The translations under genes were made by a program, and so were the position numbers. A model generated the notes under the pieces. The model worked only from the letters and a program-made list of their open reading frames with translations, had not been told where the DNA came from and made no database searches. 64,000 bases of DNA, taken from positions 310,001 to 374,000 of the forward strand of contig JASVEC010000012.1 in the NCBI GenBank assembly GCA_030770535.1, written 5' to 3'. Position 1 is the stretch's first letter; each line of letters opens with the position of its first letter. Shown here piece by piece: positions 51,138-64,000 of this stretch. The stretch comes from Batkoa obscura. Lineage: Eukaryota.

Positions 51138-51233
51138 GGGGATTTATTTTGTGTTTAAGAATTTTACTAAGAACTTTTGTTTAAATAATGCTTAAAAGAA
51201 GGAAAAAGTGATGAAACCAAAAAAAACACTCCC
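51138..51233 (+). mobile_element. MITE family A copy
   Basis: TSD AAGT/AAAT (one mismatch). Confidence 0.9.
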
Positions 51234-51483
51234 AAATGATGTATTAATTCAATTCAAATTAAGCAACTCGATCCAGCAAATCAAATGACTGGATTAAATT
51301 TTATAATGAAGTTAGCAAAAAAGTGTCATGATTTTATCAATTCCCTAAATCAACTTGTCAAATTTTTAAATTTTGAATTAAGGAACTCAGCTCAAAAATG
51401 ATTTCAATTTTTGCAATTAAATTTACTTTTTGTCAAAACAGCAAAATAAAATTAATTCAAAATGCTTACTTGTACTTTATCCA

Positions 51484-52264
51484 ATGTTTAAAAGGTAATC
51501 AAAAAAAGCAATAATAACAAAAAATAAACCCAGTAATCTTAACATTATATCATTAGATTTGACGTCCAAGAAGATATTAAGAATCGCACCCAAGTAAAAT
51601 CTTCGGTACAACGAGCTATTCGTAATAAAATCATTCAACAATATCCACATATTGAGGGTAGCTTGGAAGAAATTTTACCCAAAAAAGCTCCCATCATTAT
51701 ACAAAAATAGTAAGCTTTATTTCTTTTGTCACCACTTATGATTTTAAAAAATGATTACTCATCTTTTACTTAGCTCTTTAGAAAATGTTGAGTTTGTAAC
51801 TGTTAATGGCGAAGCTAAATTTTTCAATCATCACGATGGTCCTTATTATCCAACAATGAAGTTACTATTACAATGTAATCGAAATACACCATATATATAT
51901 AATAACTAAATTTTTACTTCAGACCCAAGTATACTACCCAAGTTACAAGTAGATAAAGGTGCTATAAAATTTATACTATCAGGAGCGAATATCATGTGCC
52001 CAGGTTTAACTTCCAAAGGAGCTGATATGCCAGTTTCTTTACCAGAAGAAAGTATTGTAGCTATCTTTGCGGAAGGTAAAAAACATCCATTAGCTATTGG
52101 TATTACGAAAATGTCAACAGAGGATATGTAAGTTTTTTTATATAAAGTTTTTCTATGGAGAGTTAATAAAATCTATTTTTAGTAAAAAAATTAATAAAGG
52201 CAATGGTGTTGATTTGGTTCATTATCTTAATGATGGCTTATGGAAGGCTAGTTTTGCTTATTAA
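51484..52264 (+). CDS. TMA20: Translation machinery-associated protein 20 (MCTS1, PUA domain), multi-exon
   Basis: [11 protein letters not shown]...[55 protein letters not shown]. Confidence 0.96.
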
Positions 52265-52608
52265 TTGGGATTGATGAGAATTGATAAAAAAATAAAATGA
52301 TGTTTTATTATTATTTATTTGTTTAAATTGGTTACTTAAATTGGTAAAAGTTATTAAAGCAGAAGGCGTTGTATCTAAGAGCTAATTTCAATTAATAAAG
52401 TTAGATATCATTGTATAACTTGAAGCTCTTATTATTTTCTTACATATTATTCTACTTTAATATCATCTATATATAAATTCTAACAATATAGTAAAGTAGT
52501 AAATTTTTGCACCTTCCAAAATTGCAAAAATAATATTGCAATTTTAAGAGTTTATTAAATAAGTGGAGAAAAAAGGAGTGACGTTTCAATAGTTTTAATA
52601 AATATAAC

Positions 52609-55761
<3,153 letters not shown>

Positions 55762-55901
55762 ACCATAATATATTATATTTAATAATATAATACTATTAAT
55801 TTCCTATTTTGTATAAAGATAATAATAATAACAATATTAATTTAACTAATCTTTTATTTTTATTTTTTAAATTTAACTTTTTATATTTTATTATTATTCT
55901 A

Positions 55902-57562
55902 TTAAGTATATTTTTCATTAATTAATTCCATTAACTGTTGTTTTGCTAAAGATGGAATATCTTGATCAAAACAATTAAATGGTGGATGTTCACCAATATA
56001 AGATAAAGGATCTCCTGGAGATTTATAATTTTTACTAACTCTATAAGCACGTGCATATCTTTCATAAATTAAGCGTTGATTTAAGGTAGCTAGTTCATTT
56101 TTACAACGATCTATTCCTACTAAGTAAACAGGTTTTCTATGAAGTAAATAGAAATTAACTTTTTTATAGCTTAATAGAATATTCAACAATTACCTTGTTG
56201 TAACTGCTTCAGATATTAAATTTACACTACCTGCTGGTACAACAAAATGTGTGGCTGTAGATAATATACTGGTATAGGGATTTTTACCACCTTTTTCATC
56301 TTCCCATGAGTAAATTGGGTAACCATCAGTTATCAATCTATAATAGATTAAATATATTTAGAAATATATTAACTAAATATTGTTACTTTTGTAGTTTAGT
56401 TTTAAGATGTAATTTAACCTAGACCATTATAAAGTAAGCAAAATATGAACTAAAATTAAAAATGTAATTACAAAATCTGGCGATCTTTTAGAATGAGTGA
56501 TCAATATTCTAGCATTGAATTTTTTTGCCAATAACTAAAAAAGGAGATTAAATCAAAATTAAAATCTGGTAATAATAAATTACTTCAATTGATTCAGCTA
56601 ATTCTACCGCATGTTGATTTAAGAATGAAAAATTAGTTGGTATATCTCCCATAAGAAAAGCAACAATTGGAGAATTTTCTTTTTTATCAATAAATCGTTG
56701 ATCTAAATATTTAGTAATTTGAGTATTTTGTTGTAATTTTAGTTCATTTCGAATATTATTTAAAGCAAGCTAAAATATGGCGATTAGTAAAACAATAAGT
56801 GATATTAAGGTAATCTATTACTGGTATTGTCATCTTGTTTTTTTGTTGGGATAAAGCAGGACCAAGATGAGCTATTTTTTAGTTTGTTAATTAGTTCTAT
56901 TATTTGATAGCTATGGTTTGTATTACCTAACTTAAGTAATTCATGTTTCATTAAGATTACACCATCAAAATTTTTAAATGGTAGATTAGGGTAACCTATA
57001 TGAGCTAAGAAAAAGAATTGATTTAGTTAAGTCGTAATTAGTATAGAGTTATATTACTAAAGAAAGTAGCTGGTCCTAATACTTTTCTTAAAAATAAACT
57101 TGGTAAAACAGTATCTATTCCAGAAGATATAACTAAATCAGGCTGACTGGATATGTTTAGTTTTATGTTGTTGGTGTTTTCTAAATAAAATGGTAATTTA
57201 TCTAAAAGAACTTAATTCATTATCTCATTACTTAATACATTCTATTTACCTATAAATTGGTTATTTTTATTATATTTAATCCAATCAACTAAATATTTCT
57301 TTAAAAACATAGGAAAACTATTCAATACTTTTAAAAATAGTATTAGTATTGCTAATAATAATGTAATAATAAACTTACTTGGTTTTGTTTTTATATAATT
57401 TATTTCAGTAGTTGCGTCAAATGTATTTGCTAAAGCTATACTTCTATTTTCGTTACCTCGAATGCCATCACTTAATATCCAAATCTTATTGATATTTTTC
57501 TTTTGAATTGAATAACATCGAATATTTTGATAAACAGATGATTTTATCGTCTTTGAATACAT
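55902..57562 (-). CDS. Mitochondrial fission ELM1-like protein (plant/bacterial Mito_fiss_Elm1 family), multi-exon
   Basis: Basic Ser-rich presequence-like N-terminus; IWILSDGIRGNENRSIALA; PDLVISSG; KNPYTSILSTATHFVVPAGSVNLISEAVTT; KPVYLVG. Confidence 0.8.
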
Positions 57563-57834
57563 TTTAAACTTAATAATATTAATAGTATTTTATTAAATAC
57601 AATGTTTATTTAATCAATTATTGTTTATAAAATTTCTTTTTGATTGGATTAGATTATTTGAAAGTTTATCTTAATTAAATATTAATAAAAATACTTGAAA
57701 AAAATTTCTAACTTAAACTTTTCAACACGTTGAATTCCAACCTTAATATAACAAGGTCAATATCCCGAATTGAACAAACAAAACTAATCTGTATCTGCAT
57801 TTTTATTAAGGTAAAAGGAAAGTAGTATAAAAAA

Positions 57835-60303
57835 ATGCAGAATTTATCACCACCCGTATTAAAAAGTAAGAACCCTTCCGAACCACCCAAATCCCCAGAC
57901 TCTCCATACCAAATAAACCAAATGTCTAAAAGTTTAAATACTTCATTTAATAGTAAGTTCTTTGCCACTCCATTAGATATGTTAGCTCATGCTGCTGTTT
58001 CCTTAGCTGAAGGTCGTAGTAAAAAAGAAATTATTGAAATTTATCATGATGCTAAAGTGGAATATCCAACTCGAAACTTATCTAATCTATTACCTGATAA
58101 AGGTTCCGAAGTAACTGTCAATTTTTCGGATATTAATAACTTTAGATCAGAAAATAATCATAATTTATCACAAGAGCTACCTTTATCTCCTGTTAAACAA
58201 ACATCAAGCGAAGATTCCAATTCTACTTTATCGATTAAAGTGGATCAGTCTTCTACTATTGAGATACTATCAAATGACAATATTAATATTCAAGAACAAA
58301 CTACGTCAATAGATAATCCAGCCAATCCTACACCGTTGGTGACTCCTTCGAAAACTAAATCTAAAAGTTTAATAAAAAAGAAACGTTCGCCCAAACCTGA
58401 GAAAAAGGATAATCTTACTACTTCTTCAACCTCTTCAAAACAAGGTGAAAAAACAGATGAAAAAGAAATTCAAGAAGAAGTTGAAGGCTCAATTGGCTGT
58501 GATGTAAGCAAGGAAACTTCAGAAACAGACAATAATGGTAGTACCAAACTAATTGAAGACAGCAGGGAAAGCTCAGAAATAGATAATAACGGTAGTGTTA
58601 AACCAGCTGAAGAAAGTAAAGGTAAAAAAAGTGTATTAGGCAAAAAAAAGAGATGGGCCAAAATCGATTTTCTTTTAGTTAAAGCCTTAAGTATGATACC
58701 TGAAAACCAAGGTACTCGAAGTCAAATCTTTGCAGCAGCTGATAGTTTTTTAAAGCAACTAAACAAAGAAAATAGTTCTATAAAGATATGCAATAGTAAA
58801 GTAAATGATTTATTTTTATTATATTTAAAAATATAGAAGACATTAATAATTATTTTGTAGACGCCCAAGAATAGTTATTCAAGTGCCTTAACAAATAATA
58901 CCAAAGGAATTTTTGAAAAATTTAATGTACCTGGTAACCCAATTGAGCATTTTAAACCTGTATTTCCATTAGATAATTTTGAATTTGCTTATAAGAAACA
59001 TCAAGAATGGAATGAACAATTATATTCTAAAGTGTTAGGTAAAATATATGAACCTGAAAATTATCAACAAATTTATAAAAAGACAAAAAAGAGTTTAAAA
59101 TTAGCCTTTAGAAAGAATCCAGATGATGAAAATCCTAATTTTTTAACTTGTAATGCGCCCAATTTTTTAATTAAAGAAAAAAAGAAATTATTAAAACAAA
59201 ATCAATATAAATACCCACATAGAATTATTTTAGATTTAAGGTGTAAAAAAGTAAAATCGGAAAATCAAAATTATCAACAAAGTTATAATTTGCTTTTGAA
59301 AAACTTAACAACAGAGTCGAACCCTTCTCCTATAAATAATATTGTTGTAGATTCAAATCCTTCTCCTTTAGTTATATCTTCTATTATTTCGAAAGATAAT
59401 GCTACCAATCAACTTAATAACAACCCGACTATTTCTACTAGCTCATCTATTATGAATGATATTCCTAATTCTTTACCATTAACTGAAGAATCTTCAACTT
59501 TAACTAATAATAATAATAATTCATCTATTATATCTTCTCCTATAAATAATACAACCAACTTAAATCAAGTCAATATACAATCCTCAACTGTCAATACCTT
59601 AAATATAAATAATTCTACTTTTTCAGCTAAATTTGAAGTTATAGACCATTCAAGCAGTGCTACCGTAGTTTATAATTCCATTCATTCTAATAACGATAAT
59701 CAAGAGATTAAAGCTATTAATGATATTCAACCTACTTCCGATTCAGCTATTAAAACCGCAAATTCTCTCAACAATAATTCAGAAATTAAAGTCATTAATG
59801 ACATTCAACTCACTTCTACTTTGTCCACTGAAACTGTAATTAAAAGTAAAAAGCATCATCGTGATCAACTTATAATACCGACAAATTGGAAAGATTTGTT
59901 TTATGTTGGACCCTCAACCATTAAAGGAGCTAATCTAGGCTTATTTGCCAAAAGATTTGTACCCAAAGATACAGTCATAGGGTATTATTTTGGGGTTCCT
60001 ACTACGGAGTATGATTTTGATAAACATAAGGGGTTAAATAAGTATGTTAGTAGTTATTCCATAAAATATTATGATTTTATATTAGATGCTACCGATAATA
60101 ATAATGAATTATATAAAGATAAAGATGGAGGTATATTATGCCCCTTTCATTTTATGAATGAACATCCTGATTTTACTAATGTGAGATTTAATGAGGGTTC
60201 CGAATTAAATCAAGTGGAATGTATTACTGAATGTGATGTATTTAAAGGTCAAGAATTATTCGTGTTTTATGGGGTCGAATATGAAAGAGAATATCAGTTT
60301 TAA
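57835..60303 (+). CDS. SET-domain protein with a putative HARE-HTH-like winged helix, 2 exons (intron 58801-58860)
   Basis: C-terminal SET: STIKGANLGLFAKRFVPKDTVIGYYFG...FMNEH...GQELFVFYG; the phase-0 intron joins the two ORFs. Confidence 0.82.
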
Positions 60304-60996
60304 TTACATGTAGTAGTATGATGCTAATTTTAATATTGTAATCCAATGCTTTAGTTTAAAATATTTATATTTAATTTGAAAATATTATAGTTTTCAATTG
60401 CTTTTAACTTGAATAAAGTGGCAAGTTAATTATGCTAATTTGCTTGTTTTGCGTTTTTTTTTAACAAATTTTATACTATTAAAAATAGTATAAATTTTAT
60501 TTAACTAACTTTATTTTAAATCATAGACATGTTATTATAATATAATAATATAATAAAATATAAATCATTCTTAAATTTTAAAAAATAGTTTATATATTTA
60601 TTCAGCATATTAATAAATCATGAGAAGAATAAAAAAACTTCATCATTATCCCTAAAAAAAAAACTATTTCCAAAACGAGAAAATGAAACCAATCAAATTT
60701 CACTATTTAGTTAAATAAGGGATAAAATGCATTCAAGTTACAGGATTAAAGAAATTAAAAATTAAATTCGGGAATTTTATAAAAAATTTAAAGTTAAATA
60801 TTTTAAATTGTTTTAATTACAAATTTAAAGAATTAGGTGTATAACATAGTATAGTTAACATATATATTTTTTAAAATAGTAATCATAAAATATATATCTT
60901 AGGAAACTTATGGTAGCATAATGGTAAATGAACATAGTGACACATTGTTCATATTAATAAAGAAACGAGTTGATATCAACTGATTTTAAATTATAG

Positions 60997-61920
60997 AATG
61001 AAGAAGTGAAATACAATAGTAAGTAAGAGGAATTAAATTAGATAATTAATAACCTAAATTAATATTAAAATTAGATGAACTATAATGCATGGATTGAAAA
61101 CTGCTACTTAGCTTATGATTATCTTCATATTTATAACGTAGAATATGAAGGTAGAAATAACAACCAGTCTTTTATTAACTTGTTAAATAAAGGTAAATTT
61201 AAAGATAAGTTTAAAAGAAATTATGGCGATTATAGGGATATGTCTTAGATATGCTTAAATAAATAGTAGTATATAGTGTTGAGTTGAAATAAATTTATTG
61301 TTGTTTAGTTACTAGTTTTAATACTAAATCAGATCAATTAACAAAAGACAGTTTGAATATATTTGCAATTGGTTCAAACAAAACGGTGTATAATAAAAAT
61401 AATTATATTACATTAAAGCAATTGCAGAAAAGTGGAATATCAGCAGGAATAAAATATAATGTAATGTTTGTTTTGTTTTTATTCTAAAGTAGTAATGTTG
61501 ATTTAAAAAATTTAACTTAAGAAAAAGCAGTGAGCTAGAGGAAGACACCATTGCAACTTAGTAAGTTAATCTTTATTAGTGTAATTTAATATTAGATAAT
61601 TTTTTTAAATAGTTCGAAGTGACTTATTTCAATAGCCGTAAATTCTAATAATATTATTAAACTTTATAAAGTTAAAAGGGCAACTCAAGATACCCAATTA
61701 ATTACTACATACATTATTTTACCTTTATTTAGTAATTATATAACTAAATTATTATAGATGTCATGATTAAAATTTCCAATTAACTAGTGGTCTATGCTTT
61801 TCAAATAATGACGGTATTTATGCTGAAAGTAATTCAAAGGTAATTTATACTAATATCATTGCTGATTTGATTAACAATCAATTAAAGATTATATTAAAAT
61901 AAACCAGAGCTTATAATATT
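60997..61920 (+). pseudogene. Multi-exon gene relic of unknown function
   Basis: Series of GTAAGT/GTAAAT...AG introns separating exon-like pieces (MNYNAWIENCYLAYDYLHIY...; KDSLNIFAIGSNKTVY...); later pieces contain stops. Confidence 0.35.
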
Positions 61921-62591
61921 TAATATAAATCTAAGTTAATAAGGCAATTTTAATCTCAAATAACAATAACAAACTTTATTTTATAGTGAATAAAATAAAG
62001 TAATTATATATACTTAATAGTGAAAACAATAGTAGAATAATAATAACATACATTAAATATAATAGCAGCTTTGACTGGTATGGCATAACTAATAAATCTT
62101 AAATAATTTATTAGGACACAAGAGTTAACAATGCTTAAATATTAAATAAACCTAAATTAAGTGATAATAAATTATTGATTTTAATTATTATAGTATAATA
62201 AGAAATAATAGTATAAATACTATTGATGTTAACTTAATTTTAAAGAATATTTTAGCTATAATATCAGAAAACAACTTTGTCGAGCTTTAGAATACAAAGT
62301 GTTTATTTGCAAATAAGATTAAAATAATTAATTTAAATATAAAAAGTTTGTATTAAGTTTTATTTTCAAATAACTTCTTTATAATTTTTAATAGTTATGA
62401 TAATAATAATAGTAATAATAATAATAGAAATCATTTTATTATAATAACATTATTGCTTTTTCATCAAAAAATAAATATATTTAAAGTTTATTTTATTTAT
62501 TAATAAATGTCTTATCCCTGACTTTAAATGGCATGATTTAAGAAATTATTTTAATATTACTGCTTCAACAAATAAAAATTTATTTAAAAGC

Positions 62592-63072
62592 TGTGAAAGT
62601 TGGTACTCAGTGGTTGGAGTTAAAAGCAGTTATTGGTTAACTAGCTTGCCTTAAGTCGAACGGTCTTAGTTTATGTAACTAAGATAGACTTAAATGAATA
62701 GGAATAATACGTAATAAGCTACGAACTATGTAAAATAGATAGAATAGACAATACTACTATATAATCTATATAAGATATTGTCAGAAAGACTTAGTGGCTT
62801 TATTAATAATACGATATCAGGAAATAATTCAATTAAAAAGCATCGAGTTAGTATATTGAACAATCTCTTTTATACTCCAACTAGGTGACTATATATAAGA
62901 AACATTATAGCAGCTATTCCTTATTATAGTTGCCAAGTATGGACATTAAAACGTGGACATTAAATTGTTCGTGATCAGGTGGTAAGACTTCTCACAGCAA
63001 ATCTAAATGAGGAACTCTGAATTGATCACTGTGTTATAATCAATCATAGAGCTAATGAAGCGATATTTCACA
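62592..63072 (-). mobile_element. Family C copy with the nested hairpin
   Basis: TGTGAAAG...ATATTTCACA termini; very similar to 49825-50320; no matching TSD. Confidence 0.8.
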
Positions 63073-64000
63073 TTATAAAATATAATAATTTTCTATTTAA
63101 TATTTAAATCAATTAAGTAATTTAATGTATATTTATTAATTTTTAAAACTTTACCAAAGGATTTAAAGTAATTAGCTATAGCTTCAAGTAATATTTTAAG
63201 TTTTACAACTAATTGACAAAATATAATAAAAAAATTTTTAATATTTATCTTAGTTTAATATTTAAAATATAATAAATTTTTATTTTATTATTTTTAAAAA
63301 CAAACCAATTATATAAATAATTAATTAATCAATTAATATTTAATTGTATTTTTATTATCTAATTTTTAAATTTATTTAACTAAAATAGCTGCATTTATAT
63401 CAGGTTAAAAATACTATTTTAATGTTTTGTAAGTTTTTAATATTTATAAACAATCAATGATTTTTATAAAACTAATAATAATAATAAAAAGCTTGAGTTG
63501 AACATTAATAAAAAACACTTATTATAAAGTTTGTCATAAATTTTTATAATCATTTTACAGCTTTTTAAGCATATTTTTAAGAAACTATATAGTTAAAAAG
63601 TGTAGACCTATAAGTGTTAATCTTTTATATTACAAATTTCAGTTTTTTGTTTTTTGTTATTATAATATAAATATTAATTAAATATAGCTTATCCAAAATA
63701 TTATAAACTTTTATTTTTATTTTCTAATTTTAAATTTAAAAAAATGAGCTTAAATAAAACCTTTTAAATGATAATGCTTTATTAATTAACGGTATTTGTA
63801 ATTAACTTTAAAATATAAAGATTCAAAAGTTGATTTAAACAGACAACTTTAATTCAATAAACTTAAATCAATATCGAAAAATAATTGAAACCTGATTTTT
63901 AAACTTTTTGCACTAAATTAGCTTAGCTTAATGAATTAGTTATTAGTAATTTAAAAAAAACCCAGCTTATAGCTTAAACTAAATAATATTTACCTGCTGA

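Noticed and set aside
1..51233. 98-bp repeat as a CRISPR array, tRNA or SINE
   Set aside because: Dispersed in both orientations with TIRs and TSDs; no spacers, Pol III boxes or tail

Overview
Very AT-rich eukaryotic DNA with many short GT-AG introns. It is almost certainly fungal (Sho1, Pcl-like cyclin, standalone Ade8), and probably an aerobic early-diverging fungus such as Zoopagomycota/Entomophthoromycotina (inference; a COA5/PET191 gene argues against anaerobic gut fungi). Housekeeping genes: AP-3 mu, TFIIE-alpha, Sho1, Wbp1/OST48, FAM192A/NIP30, GGA, Ade8, Pet191, dynactin p25, an F-BAR/DEP/RhoGAP, Tma20, a CUL2-like cullin, an ELM1-like mitochondrial fission protein and a SET-domain protein. 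Between about 5 and 34 kb lies a dynamic accessory block with five 7TM GPCR-like paralogues (one a pseudogene), F-box pseudogenes and NIP30 relics. Main discoveries: (1) a ~98-bp MITE family with 11 clear copies plus 1 decayed copy and 4-bp AWWT target-site duplications checked against empty paralogous sites (Sola-like), carrying an intron-like GT..TACTAAC..AG core; (2) a tandem GPCR array homogenised by apparent gene conversion except around extracellular loop 2; (3) RIP-like CpA>TpA decay of repeats and pseudogenes; (4) a TG..CA solo-LTR-like family with a nested hairpin. Exon structures were read by eye, so coordinates of decayed elements are approximate.
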